Assembly (NCBI GenBank): GCA_043228905.1
Contig: JBHGNT010000021.1
Span: forward strand, 8,618,001 to 8,682,000
Length of the DNA: 64,000 nucleotides
DNA from: Azolla caroliniana
Lineage: Eukaryota > Plantae > Polypodiophyta
Direction of reading: 5' to 3'
The notes under the pieces are model-generated. The model saw only the letters and a list, made by a program, of their open reading frames with translations. It had not been told where the DNA came from and ran no database searches. This document shows positions 12,596 through 26,247 of the stretch, in pieces. Within the stretch, counting starts at the first letter, position 1. Each line of letters starts with the position of its first letter. The position numbers were made by a program, and so were the translations under genes.

Positions 12596-13244
12596 TATGA
12601 TAACCCTAGGGTTGCCGGGTTTTCATAGCTCTTCGGTTGAATTGAATCCTGATGACCACTCCTAGAGCACATCTTGTCGTACATCAGTTCAAGCACCTTG
12701 AGCACTACCAATGGTCCAACTAGTGCTCTATCACCCGGTTCAATGTGGATGAAGTTCTTCCCTAACCCCCTAATGCTCTTGATCGATGACATGTTCTCGT
12801 AGTCGAAGAAAAAAAGGGGAAAGAGTTGGGTTTGTGTGTGCTAGTGAATATATTTGAGTGCGATTGCAATGCACATGTATTTAATGTGTATGTGTTTTTG
12901 TATTGAATTAAATATGTACGTGTAAATTTGTAAGTGTTCTTGGTGTACTTCTTTGTATGTCTTTGTCAGCAAGAGAACATATTGGCTAAGTCATGTTAAT
13001 GTGCATTTATATGTATATGTGTGTGGTATTTCATTATTCATAACTAGGTTGGCATTTTGTGGACATAAAATTCCCCTCCTTTTTTATAGCTAAGTGTATA
13101 ATGAAGAAGGGGCAATGGGAAAAGTAAAAGCAAAGCTTAATGTTCAATAGTGTGAACCTTGGGCCCGATGTCAAGCCTTATTTTGAGAAGTACGGCCAAT
13201 GATGAGGTTTGCTACATATTAGTTATTTGAGGACAAGTCTCGTG

Positions 13245-13485
13245 ATGAGTTTTACTTGTGCGCTTGGATAAAAACACATCCAACATACATAGACATTTGA
13301 CTTTGTAAAGTGCCCCTAGATGTTTAACTTTTTAAAGTGCTCATCTAGAATAAAACGTAAGGCATGAGTTTTACTTGTGCGCTTGGATAAAAACATATCC
13401 AACATACATAAACATTTGACTTTGTAAAGTGCCCCTAGATGTTTAACTTTTTAAAGTCCTCATCTAGAATAAAACGTAAGGCATG
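13245..13485. repeat. Two-copy tandem duplication, 119-bp unit
   Basis: ATGAGTTTTACTTGTGCGCTTGG... starts at 13245 and 13364. Confidence 0.9.
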
Positions 13486-14023
13486 CTATAATTAATATGG
13501 TATATGCATCATTATATACTAACTAAAATATACAATATGGTTTTCTATTAGTAATAATTGGATAAGATACCACATGGCATGGTGGGGGTTGAACCCATAA
13601 CCTTCTTGTCTTATTGGGCAACCTTACCAATTGAGCTACATCAATCTATGCATTATTAGATATTGTATAAGATTTAACTTATTTCATTATAGATTGATCA
13701 TTAGAACTCAAGAACCTTCTAGAGAGTGCATGAAGATGCATTCTCTAGAAGTCTTCTAGCTTTCATGCATACCTCCACATTCTTGTATAAATACTGAGGT
13801 GCACCTTGATTACAATCAAGGTAAACAACACCAGTTACAAAAGCATAATTCAGTTCTTGTTCATTGTCTATTTTCTCTCTCTCTTGCTTGTTCTCTTGTC
13901 TATGCTCCCTCTCCCGTTATCTCTTAATATTGAGCCTCGTCTACTTGTCCGTGACAATCTTGTGATCTTGCTTATGCTCTCGCTCTCTCTTAGTACGTAG
14001 CCTCATTCCACCCATTTGTGACA
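13484..14023 (+). mobile_element. Probable decayed solo LTR (chromovirus-like architecture)
   Basis: TG...TGTGACA ends, TTCTAGA motifs, TATAAATA near 13787, CT-rich 3' part, antisense tRNA-like module; no TSD found. Confidence 0.5.
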
Positions 14024-14929
14024 CAACATTATTCTCATGACTAAAATTAGTGTTTTATGGTAATTGGAAATTGCATTATCCATAGTGTATGCTATTGTTG
14101 GTTGCGATAGTGATAAATTTTTTATGTGATGTAAATGTTGCTCTTTTGCTCATAATGGAAATTCATTTGGAGAATTTGCCAATCAAAATTTATTTTCCCC
14201 CAAAAAACACTACTTCGCATTAGTTAGCAAACAAAATACAATAGAGTTCAACCAGAATCCACAATGGGATCAGAATATACAACCTAGAGGAACAACTCCA
14301 GAACTAGTAGGAAAACAACAAAAACTCAAGCGGTCTCTATCTCCAACAAAATTGAAATAGGCCCCATTTTACCCCATCTCTACTTATCCCAACGAAAATC
14401 AAATTCTCCAAATGGATTTCAAAATCAAAATTTAAGGTGAATTAAGATAAAAATCAAAAGCAAGTCTTTAAAGATGAATAAGATCAACATCTTTAAAAGT
14501 TAATTGTATCAATGTCTATGGCCATGTACCAAGTAACACCAGTTCATTGTAAAGTTTTCATTTTTGCTCATAATGGAAATTCCTTGTGGACAATGTAGAG
14601 AATTCGCCAATGCGTTTCATGTGAAAGAGGGTTCTTTAAGATAAATAAGATCACTATCAATTTTCAAAACCAAGTGGCTTAAAAGTTCAACTATATTAAT
14701 GTCAATGACCAGCCAGACATTCAAAAGCATCAATTCTTTAAAAATGTTGTACTCTTGGCCTTAAGGGTAATCCACTTGGAGAACGTGGGCAAAATTGCAA
14801 GCATGCATGAACAGAGAGATAAAAAACAGTTTTCACAACCAAGTATGTTAAAAAGTCTAGTGTATTGATGTTCTTGGCTGCATTCTAGATAACACTAATT
14901 CACTTTATGATTTGTAGCCACAATGTCAT

Positions 14930-16746
14930 TCACATATATGATTTACTAAAGTTGTATGCGGTTAGCATATTCTTAAACCATAACGCAGAGAGCCTTGGAT
15001 ATCTATTGAACTCTTCATCAACATAAATTATTCCAAACTTTTCTGTTGATAAACCATAAACGGACTCAAAGCCATCAATAAGAGACCATATGTATAATCC
15101 CAAAACGTTTGACCCATTTCTGTATTATGAAGAAGAGAAAAAACCATTTATCGATAAATGTTAGGTCCATTTGTTAGATAAATGAGATAACATATGATAG
15201 AGGCATTACCTTATTCCGACAATCAAGGACTTCATGTATGATGAATAGAATCTTATACGATCTACATCATTAAGACTTGCATTAAATCCAAAACCTAAAA
15301 ACATAAAACAATCCACATGATTGATATTTAGATTAAACCAACCCAACAACTAAAAACATAAAACACGGCATTTTTTTCAATTATAAGTCTTCATTGTTAA
15401 GAATTATTTTAATGGTTATGTACTCACAAAGAATTTCATTTATTTGCCACACTTGTGAAATTAAGGTCTTATTTTTTGACATGCTATGTCTCTTAAGTAA
15501 TTCTGTCTATGCAAAGACAACTAGACATCAACTTAATATGACACACATTTCCAAAGAGTATTTCAATGGTTGTGATTCTTATCATGAGAAATAGGAAGTT
15601 GCCAAATACAACTTGATGCTTTTATGTATCATGACCTACATGCATCCAAGCACTTGAGTTCAACATCTAATTAATAAAAATTGGTGGCACACAATATATT
15701 TCGATTACAATGTAGACAACGAAAGGCCAATAATTACTATGCATAAGATTACATGTGAAGAGTTTTAGAAGTAGAAACTATTGACATTCCAAGAGAAAGC
15801 CCAAAACAAGAGCAATGATGACAACATGAATAGAGAGATAGATGACATTTCATGATTGTGCATAGTAAGAGTTTATTTTAGTCATATATCAAAGCATGAT
15901 AATTAAGCTATCGAATATGTTTACACCAACGTATGGATAATTGACGAGTATATTCATTGTAGCCCGTACCCCAACGCCCCATCTCACATTGATGAAAAGT
16001 ATGTGAGGTAAGTCATATAGAAGCAATGGTTTGTATGACAGACAACATGACTTGATATAGCATGTGTAGGGGATTTCTATTTTCCTCTTTTATAAATATT
16101 TTAATATGAATGGGAAGATGTGTGCACCTACATGCATGCATGTGAAGAGTGTATTTGATTTTTTACCTAATGATGTGATGTACGTGGGGAAGTTGTCATA
16201 ATGCTCCCTCACATAGGAAAGGCTTTTCTCAATGCACCATGGAACAGCATAATCTCCAGTGTACTCACCAATTGGAACGTTATCTTTATAAGCTGGATCA
16301 ACGAAGGCCATGCATGGTGTGAGTATATTGGACACGAAAACATTATGAGAAACTTATGAACTTGGGTCATTGATGACTAATAATATATATGCAGATAAAT
16401 ATATGTATATCACCAGTTCGTGTAATGTTCATGTCCTGCCAATATCCAGTGTTTGGAAGATAGTGATCGTCGTAGGTGCAATAGATGGCGCTGATAGAAT
16501 TCAAGCCAAGAAAGTCAATAGAGCCTCTCAAACGCTTGGACTCCTCTATCGTAAAATTTGGTAGACGTGATCCTAGCATTTCCCTCATTACTTGAGGGTA
16601 CTCCCCTCTAAGTAGAGGTTGTATAAACCATCCAGCTGTGAATTGCATGGCCCTCTCGGATGCCTCTAGGTCTGCCGTCGAATTGCTAAGTGGCTCATAC
16701 CACTTGAACCATATGACCATTCCAATATCACCATGTTGACTTCCCT

Positions 16747-16777
<31 letters not shown>

Positions 16778-17540
16778 TATCAAAGAGAGACAAGTATGAT
16801 GAAGATTGCTTGGACTAATACAATATTATTGTTCATAAGGTTGTCCAAACGTTTGCCATATTATTAATATAACATGTTTGTCCACCAATATAATGTTGTC
16901 ACTTCATATAGTTTCTAGTGAACATTAGCTTGACTTGATGCTTTTAGCTAGAGGTAGTGGCGACTCACTAGGTATTCGCGTCGATATAGTTCAACTGCCG
17001 ACGCATGTGCAAGGAGGACATGGTGTGCCGCAATGTAGGGTTCAGTAGCGGAGTCCCCGATAGTGCAATTAGATTTGAGGTCATAAGTGGGAATGCTACA
17101 CCTCCCAGGTGGGGCCGCCCTCCCGGCATACCCCCATGGCACGAAGTCATTCGCCTCGTCGAATGTCACCCAATGCTTCACTCGATCCCCAAATGCATCG
17201 AAGCATACGTTGGCATAGTACACGAAATCATCTCTAGCCCCAAATAAACACCCACAATTATATATGAGAATCATAAACAACCAAATCCATTTGGTGTTCT
17301 TTCTTGTCCTATATGCATGCATATGTATGTATGTATGTATGTATGTATGCATATGTATGTATGTATGTATGTATGTATGCATGCGCGGAGAGTTAAATTG
17401 ATTAGTTAACATGGATGGAGTGCAGGGGAAAAAGGTACGCACATGAATAAGGGACTCAATAATCCTCCATAGCTCTCTTCCAGACTCTGCGGCATATCTT
17501 GCTCGTACAATGTCACCATAGCTTCAATCCCTGACATACC

Positions 17541-17571
<31 letters not shown>

Positions 17572-18781
17572 GTAGTAAGTTAAGTATATATTTATTAACA
17601 TGAGGAGTATATTTATGCATTAGCCACAAATTATGTACCTGCATCGATGAGACTGTTGATTAGATCATTGTAAAAATCAATACCCGCTTGGTTAACATCA
17701 CCCCTACTCCCATCTGATCAACGGATTATATATACGCAACAAGTCAATTCTTCTGTCAGAAATCTGCTTGGTCGTGAGCTAAAATCGGGATTAAGGAGAA
17801 ATTGTGATGCCCATTGTGAAGTTGCTTACATTGAACAAAGTATTGTGTACTACAAATTATGAATATATGCTAATTACCAATCGGTTAATTACAGAAATGG
17901 TTGGATGGATGGAATTAATTACTTGGGAGAATTCGAGTCCATGCGATGGAGAATCTATAGCTATCCAAACCGAGGTCCGCCATTAATTGAATATCCTCCT
18001 ATAATTACATCACATTATATACCATGTATTATTAGATCCTTAATTCTGACATTGTATACTTCCCTTCAACGACAACAAATAAATAAATAAAATTACATGG
18101 TAGTGATGATATTGATCACCACCATCATTCGGAGTAGTGTTATCCTCTACTATTCCTGCACAGAGATGAAATTATGAGCTCAAGTTTACATGTAGAACTA
18201 ATCGAAACAGTATGTATATATATATGCATTACCAAAACCTTAAACCCTAAACCCTAATCACCAATAATAGTAAAAAGCTTAATGAGGAGTTAGTGAGAGA
18301 TGAATATATATATAAGAAGAAAATCAAGAGCACAAACCATCTTCTAGAGCAAAAGCATCCCAAGTGCTCACACTTTTACCATCAATGAAGGCAGCTCCTT
18401 CATGCTGTACAATATATTACACACAAATTTAGTTATGCGGGGTAAGCTTTACAAGATTAGAATCACAAGTTATGAAATCCATTAGAATACAAGCAATGTA
18501 TACAAAATGTAGAATTATAAATTTGCTTACACACACACACACACATATATATATACCTTAAATGCCCATGTGAGGGCACCGAACTTAAAATTGTCGGGAA
18601 AGGCTCTCCGGTCGATGTAAGTATCGTTGGGGAAGCTATCATAATCCTCATCAATAATAATGCCATTACTGCTAGGCGGGGCTTTTAATCCCCATGATTC
18701 TATTGTTAAGCATGAGCAAAGGAAGAAGAAGAAGAAGAAGAAGAAGAAGAAGGGCCATGGTAGTTGCTTAAGCAGAGCCAT
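14930..18781 (-). CDS. Secreted glycoside hydrolase family 1 (beta-glucosidase-like) protein with atypical active site; 11 exons: 18781-18557, 18404-18338, 18155-18097, 17998-17923, 17713-17639, 17530-17443, 17233-16969, 16744-16414, 16292-16167, 15294-15210, 15119-14930
   Basis: GT-AG introns join into a continuous frame: signal peptide, [14 protein letters not shown]...[80 protein letters not shown]. Confidence 0.88.
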
Positions 18782-19117
18782 GTGTATTCAAGCTTGCTGA
18801 AGGACTGCTAATAATGTTAGCCTTCCTTATTCTTAAACCCAATCCAGCTACACACATAAATTTTGTCAGATTTCACCATAACTATCTCTCTTTCTGCGTT
18901 TCTTTTTTGTGATCCCACACGAGAAGCATGTGGAAAATACACTCTTTTGAGAAATTCAGCATATTGTGTATACCCCCCCCCATTTATCTTATCACTATTA
19001 CTTGTTCTCAGGTAAATATTATTTTGTGATATCTTTTGTCCTATATATGTATAGGCCATTCACCTTATTAGTCTTCGGTTGTATAAATCATAGTATGTAC
19101 TACTTGTATTTGGATTC

Positions 19118-20287
19118 GAGAATGTTTCAAGTCATTCCAGTATAGTAAACACCCTCGAAGAATGGTAAATACCATACTTTTGTATTCATCATTTATTTAT
19201 AAGGTAAATTTTAAAAAAATATAAGAAATTTATGGTAAACATCATTTATTTATAAGGTAATTTTTTTTAAAAGGTAAGAAATTTAAGGTAAAAAGCGTTA
19301 AAAAAAACACATAAGAATGTTTCGATATCATACGCATTCGTATGGAAAAGAATGTTTGCCAACACATCGGAGTATATTACATACTATGGTATAAATATTA
19401 TTCATGATACTTTTTGTTCTTCTATACATACATAATGTGTTATTATCTATAAAAAGAAATGATATTTGGCGATAGAAATCAATGATTTTGACGCATGGTC
19501 ATTTGGAATTTATCCTTGTAAAGATGGTACTTAACATAATTATGATATGGTCATTTGGCCGGTTGGAATTTATCCTTATCAAGATGGTACTCAACATATT
19601 AAGTAAGTATGGCCCTTCATGCATAATTTTATTATCAATGGGTGTTGTAGGCATGTTGGTAGGTGATTTTAAATTGTTTCTCGATGCATAACAATCTCCT
19701 TCAATTTGTTTGGGATCCTTTGACTTCAAATGGTTCCAAGTTTGGGATGTATTGAAATGGTTGCATCAAGATATATATGAATTTATTTTTCAATCTACAG
19801 AATATAAGCAAACTTGGAGTAAGTAGGATAACATGTATGTGATGCATGATGAGTCTTTTTGTCCCAAAGTTGCATCACATGTATGTGGTATCATCCATAG
19901 AAACGTAATATTTACATTTTTCATACGTTGTAAATGAATGCACGTGTTATAAAAACATATTTATGTTTTCTTTTTGTAATTTTGAAAGATCCACCTCAGA
20001 ATATTACTTGAAAATGGTACATGGACAAAACAAAAGGAGACATTTCATCTCACTTCTATCATGATACAAAGGCTAGTACATATGAAACAAGTAGAACGCC
20101 AAACAGTAAAGACAAGTTATGCAACATAAAAGAAGGTATGTCTTTTTTCTTTGATGCTTCAAAAAAAATTTTGGTCACTTTTTCCTTAGAAAAATGTTTT
20201 GCTTTATAGTAAATAATAAATACATAAAGTATGGTATTTACCATACATCGAGGGTATTTACCATACTCGAGTGATTGAAATATGCTC
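19118..20287. mobile_element. Non-autonomous DNA transposon with imperfect terminal inverted repeats of about 65-80 bp
   Basis: 19118 GAGAATGTTTCAAGTCATTCCAGTATAGTAAACACCCTCGAAGAATGGTAAATACCATACTTT matches the reverse complement of 20220-20287; no clean TSD. Confidence 0.72.
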
Positions 20288-20522
20288 TAATGTGAATGCA
20301 CGTATGGTACCTATGGTTCATATATGTCAGGATGCAATGTCATCTAGTGTTGGGCAGAGTTCTACGGGTCTTCCAATGTAAGTGTGTTAGAATGTTGGCT
20401 AGGGAAGAACGTTGTCTCACTAATGTGGGGGGGGGGGGGGTTTAACTCGATACAATTTTTATTTTTGTTACAACTATGTGTGTACTTCTTACCTCAACTT
20501 TTCCTATTCTTTCTTTAGCTTT

Positions 20523-20926
20523 TTGCATTGTGCACACTACAAAATCCACAATTGTGATTTGCAAATCACAACTGATTCTATTTGTCTTCCACTTTGCACA
20601 AAAACGACTCCTTCTAGTCCTACTTACATTATTCAAACTAAACACCTGCTTTGGCTTCTAGTTTTGTGATTCAAACTTGACATATTGCTTCCACTCATAC
20701 TTCTATTTGGAGCATTGTTGTCTTAGCATTGCATAGTGCACACTACAAAATCCACAATTGTGATTTGCAAATCACAACTGATTCTATTTGTCTTCTACTT
20801 CACACAAAAATGATTGCTTCTAGTCCTACTTATGTGATTCAAACTAAACACCTACTTTGGCTTCTGCTTTTGTGATTCAAACTTGACATATTGCTTCTAC
20901 TCATGCTTCTATTTGGGGCATTGTTG
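20523..20926. repeat. Two-copy tandem duplication, about 206-bp unit
   Basis: TTGCATtGTGCACACTACAAAATCCACAATTGTG... at about 20523 and 20729. Confidence 0.85.
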
Positions 20927-21999
20927 AAACTACTTAGCATAAATACGTGTAGAAAAATAAGTATTCTACACGTAATCTAACTTTTTAAAAAAAATACTTA
21001 GAATACGTATTTTATAGATAAAATACGTTAAATACTTAGAATACTTGCAAAATGTGTTAAATACTTCTTAAAATTTAAGTTTTTTTTTTCAATTTCTTTT
21101 TTTTGAAATGATAAATACTTGTTAAATACGTAGAATACGTCAAATTTTTAAAAACGGCAATTCTAAAACGTAGAATATGTGTAGAATACTTCAGAGTATT
21201 CTAAAATGTTCTCTAAACGTAGAATAAACGTTTTTTTTAACAACTATGATTTGGAGGCAAGATTGTAACTTGTGACACCTCCTTCTTTCTTTCTCGATGC
21301 CTTTATTCTAGAAGGCTCGATGACAAATACACGTAGTTCTTGCCAATACTTGTAAGGTTCTTTGCCGAGCTAAATCCTACATCCCTACAATGAGGTCCTA
21401 GAGGTTAATTCATTAATACATTTCCAAAGAAGAGATTAAGTCATATTTAATAAAACACCAATGTTATTACATAGAATGCTCTACCACAACGTCATAGAAC
21501 ACATTGTGATCTATCTTTCACAAGAACGACTATAAATTTTAGTGACACATCCAAGATAGTAGAACATGCATAATTACCATAATTGCATATAATTTGAAAG
21601 CCACACAATTAATGAATGTAGACAATCTAGTGAAGTGTGTGTTTTCTCTTATTTTGTGTTTTGATTGAAGTAAAAATGCCATCTATATATTTGCAAATTC
21701 TTTCATGATTCTGCATAGCAATGATTTATGTGTCACATGTAGAGATTCTTGTGACAGCACACAAGGCTTGAAAAATTGAAGTAAAGATTGAAGTTATGAG
21801 TAGGAACCCTAGCAAATATGAAACAAACTAAATTCTCATAGATTCATGTACTCTCATAAATTGATTCCTAGCCTCCAAATCTACTCATAACCTCCAAAGC
21901 ATGAATCATACATTCATATACCCTCATATAGATTTAAGTAAAGAAATTTAATCTCATAACATCCAAAACATGAAGCCTAGCAAATATGAAAGAAACCCA

Positions 22000-22600
22000 T
22001 ATTTTTTATTTTATTCCAAAAAAACTCCTTCCATTAGTTATAAGCTTTTACAAATGAGACGGTTATGTACAAATCCCTGTAGGGACGAGATAGTTCCATC
22101 TTATGTGGATGCCCACTGACTCAAGAAACTGAGAAGACGACCATTGTTGGATGAAGGCTATTCGTTGTCTTTCAACTCCATCGGAGCTACCCTTGAGGCC
22201 ATCATATTGGCTCTTTAGAGTGGCTACAATTTCACTCCATATATCTTGCAGTAACCTTGTTGGATGTGCGGATTGGTTGGAGAAGACTCGTCTACACCGT
22301 TGTTTCCATAGAATCCAAAGAGTTATTGGGCTGGCCAATTCCAACACAACTTGAGATTTGTCACTAAGAGGAGTTGAGTAGGCATTGCCACTGGAGGAGA
22401 AAAAAACCTCTTGTGCTTTTATCACCAAAGTCATCCCCTCCTCTTGATGCTCGTATCTGCCAACTGAGGTCTGCCATGATAGCCAACATATATTCCCCCA
22501 CTTGATTGAACCTTGCACTTGGTATAATTGCAACAAGCGGCCAACCCCCCACCATATTCGATGGGATGATGGGTAGAAAGAAACCCATATTCATATATTC
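22000..22600 (-). mobile_element. 3' fragment of an L1-like LINE
   Basis: ORF 22063-22536 with LWILWKQRCRRVF, typical of the plant L1 ORF2 C-terminus; AATAAA and A-rich end on minus near 22000. Confidence 0.6.
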
Positions 22601-23293
22601 TTGTTAAATTGACAATAATGTTATCGGCACTATATAATATAGTCTTACATCTTCTAATGGCGATGTATGTTTACTAAAACCTACAAAGAACACTACAGGT
22701 GAGCATGAAATTGATTTTGTGTTCCAAGGCCACTTTAAGGAGTTAAGTAATGAAATGATGCGACCAAACAAAAATTCCTATAAGATTAGCCTGATAAATT
22801 TAAGTGATTCAAGACGATTTGTAAACAAGGTGTAGTCATTGCAAGTCTTCCTCTGGTAAAATAAGAACCAAAAATTTAAGGCTTCTACATTAGATGAAGA
22901 TACAAGAAGCTTGGCCCATCAAAATGTTGTTTTGTTGCAAGAATGAGATAAAACTAGTATTGAAATATATTCTTAAAATATAAAGGCTTCCATACATTTA
23001 ATGACCAAAAAGTTGTTTGCATGTGCATATTGTGGTATTACCACAATCCACCCTAATTAACTCTAGTTAAGACAACCATAGTAGAACCAACCATGGTAAG
23101 GTTAACCATGGTCTAGTTAAGGTGGTTACAATAAGACCAAAAACCGTTTATAACCAAGAACCACCATCCATAATTGTCTAACTAAAGCTATATAAGTGTA
23201 AAAATGGAAATGGAAGGGACAAATTTTTGGGTGAAAATCTTCATTAATTCACATTGGTGGAGATGACGACCTCCCTACTTTCTTTCATGCCCC

Positions 23294-23451
23294 ATCAATC
23301 TAGCCCGACACTATCAAGATCACCTTGATTTCTACCATCACCATTTTAGCCATTTCATTGACGATCATTTATGCCTCATCAATCTAGCCCAACACTATCA
23401 AAATAACCTTGATTTCTACCATCACCATTTTAGCCATTTCATTGACGATCA
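23294..23451. repeat. Two-copy tandem duplication, about 83-bp unit
   Basis: CATCAATCTAGCCC...CATTGACGATCA at 23294 and 23377. Confidence 0.8.
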
Positions 23452-23604
23452 AGAGAACCTTTAGCTCTCTCCTCCATTTCTAATTTTTACCATAGGCATT
23501 TCAGCAATTCAATTTCCAATTACGAAACTTAGTTTGCAAAATCAAATCATACTTCAACATCAACCTCACTCGCCAAAATCAAGTTTTTATCTTCTTCAAC
23601 CTTA

Positions 23605-23934
23605 CAAAACGGTTCCGGATCCTTCTGATCTTTTGGCGTAGTGCGAGCTTTGCCGGTTCCCATGTCTGGCCTTGCCGGATCCAGATTTGTTCGAATCAAC
23701 ACACTTCTTCTAGCACTCGCTCTCTCGTTGGCCCTTCTTGCAACAATACCAACATTCCATTTCGAGCTTTGATTGCCAGTTTCCTGCGCCGCTTTGACTC
23801 CCCCTACTCGTGGAGGGTCCGGAACTGTTGTCAGCACTATCTCTATGCCTCTGGTTCTACTCTTGCCGGCCACCGCTATTGTGTGCTGACCCACCTCGTC
23901 CTCCACACCCACGGGGTCGATCTGCCTCTGGTAT
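23605..23934 (-). mobile_element. Copia family B gag zinc-knuckle fragment
   Basis: Reverse complement resembles 35690-36010 (CWYC...GH...EC region). Confidence 0.65.
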
Positions 23935-25384
23935 CCCACACGATTTCAACAATCTCTATACATCAGTTACATGAGGATGGAAGGAAAGAAGACTTGTTTG
24001 TGTTCGCGGTTGTAACAACTCCTTCATCTAGCTCACAAGAGTTGGGGGTCCAACTACCAAAGAAGTATATAGAATTCTCCGATGTGTTCGATAAGGTGAA
24101 GGCTAATAGACTACCAGAGCATCGACCATATGATTGCCCGATTGATTTGTTGCCAGGAAAAGAGCCTCCATGGGGGCCAATTTATAACCTTTTGCCCACG
24201 GAGTTAGAAGTTCTTCGAGAATATATTGATGAGAACCTAACAAATGGTTTTATCCAACATTCAAGTTCTCATGCTGGTGCACCCATCTTTTTCGTATGGT
24301 CGTGGGTTATTGGGGTTTGAATAAAGTGACTATTCGAAATTGATATGCTCTACCATTGATCGTAAGCCTTCTGGAATGTCTCAGTGGAGCAAAATATTTC
24401 ACGAAGTTAGATCTGCAAGGTGCCAACAACCTTGTTTGAATTCGTCCTAGGGATGAATGGAAGACTGCTTTCCGCACTCACTATGGCCATTTTGAGTATA
24501 CAATGATGCCATTTGGTCTCACGAATGTACCAATAGTTTTCCAACATATGGCGAATGACATTTTTCGGGACTTCCTCAATATCTTCATCGTAGTTTACAT
24601 GGATGATATCTTGATCTACTCAAAAACTCAAGAGGAGCATGAGATACACTTTCACCAAGTTTTGCAGTGGTTGCCAGAGTATGGTCTCTATGCAAAATTG
24701 GAGAAGTGTAGTTTCGACCAGTGTCAAGTGGAATTTTTGGGGTACATAGTCTCTTCAAATGGCATCTCTATGGATCCATCAAAGGTTCAAACATTTTTTG
24801 ATTGGCAAACACCACCGTCTGTGCAAGATGTACAATGTTTTTTGGGGTTCGCAAACTTTTATCACAAGTTCTTCAAAGATTGTATTGCCCCTCACGCAAC
24901 TGACACAAAAGAATCGACCATTCGTATGGAGTATAGAGGCAAACTCTGCATTTGAGAGTTTAAATCAAGTGTTTACATCTGCACCAATTTTAATGCATGT
25001 CGATCCAATGAGGCACTTTATACTTGAAGCTGAGGCATCTGACTTCGCACTTGGAAGCGTACTATCCTAGATTAGCGATGATGGCGAACTGCACCTTGTG
25101 GGCTTTCACTCACGGAAATTTGAAGCCGTAGAAATAAATTATGAGATTCACGAATCACGACAATGGCCATTGTGGATTCTTTTCAACAATGGTGTCATTT
25201 TTTGGAGGGTTCTTCTCAATAGATTATTGTCTACAATGATCACAAAAATCTAACATACTTCCAAAGTTCTCAAGTCTTGAATCGTTGACAAGCTCGTTGG
25301 GTGCAGTTCTTAATTAGTTTTGATTTCGTAATTCTATATGGCCCTGGGATGCAACAAGGAAACGCATATGCTTTATCTCGACGT

Positions 25385-26176
25385 TGTCGAGATATTACGC
25401 AAGTGCGTGTGGAAACGAGGCGGGACCGCGGGGGTCTCGAACCAAAGAGCAAGCGAGGGAGGAGAAAGAGAGAGAACCGGCTACGCAGGACCGGGGATAC
25501 ACAGGGACACGGCCCTTCAGCACGGATAACGCGAACAGACACCGACACAGACAGATGCGAATGATTAAATATGTATATTAACAAAAATGGCTAACACGAC
25601 TACAACCCTCGATGGGGCACAGGTTGGTTACAACCGAACAGGCCGGCGAACAGATGCCGATGCTTGTTCGCTTCGACGCACAAAGGGGTAGCAGGTCGGA
25701 GGTGCTGCCGGAAGCACTCGGGCGTTCCTCGAAACAGCGCGAGCCTCCTCGGGACCCTACACAGAAAGCTATGGAGCTCAAGAAGGAAGGAAACAGAGAG
25801 AGAAGCGTCCAGAAACGGTCCGACAGCACTTCGTCCTCTCTGCGCGAGATGCCTGCAACAGCTCTTTCCTGCTCCTTATATAGGCCGACGAGCAGGCCGT
25901 CATGTCAGCTTTATCCCCTGTCCCTTTCAAACAGGGATCCGCTCCGTTCTTCACGCATCCGCGTAGTTACGCCGCCGACTCGTACAGTTCCTTAGCTCGC
26001 GCGCGCGACCGAAAAGACTGTTCGCGCGGTCTTTGTCTCCACTTGTGTTAGGGCCCGTTCCTGCCGATTATCCTCCTAATTCGCTTCTATGTACAACTTG
26101 GAGCGTGCGCGCGTGAGGAACCGGTTCCCACGCCTTGGTGCGCCGATTCCGCTTATGGACGGTTTTCTTCACGACA
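25385..26176 (-). repeat. G2 3' LTR
   Basis: TGTCG...CGACA; direct repeat of 31898-32689. Confidence 0.96.
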
Positions 26177-26247
26177 TCCGCCCCCACCTAACTGCGCATC
26201 CTCCGGTATGCGCCAAGAGAGTTGGGACGGAGAAAACCGGCCCGTCT

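Noticed and set aside
18234-18257. Short (AAACCCT)n run in GH1 intron 2
   Set aside because: Only about 3 imperfect units; a common telo-box-like sequence
20930-21248. AGAATAC/AATACG-rich segment, possible MITE
   Set aside because: No matching terminal inverted repeats or TSD found
26085-26135. A/B-box-like remnants at the equivalent U3 position in the G2 and G3 (53453-53500) LTRs
   Set aside because: Too degenerate (no GTTCRA) to support
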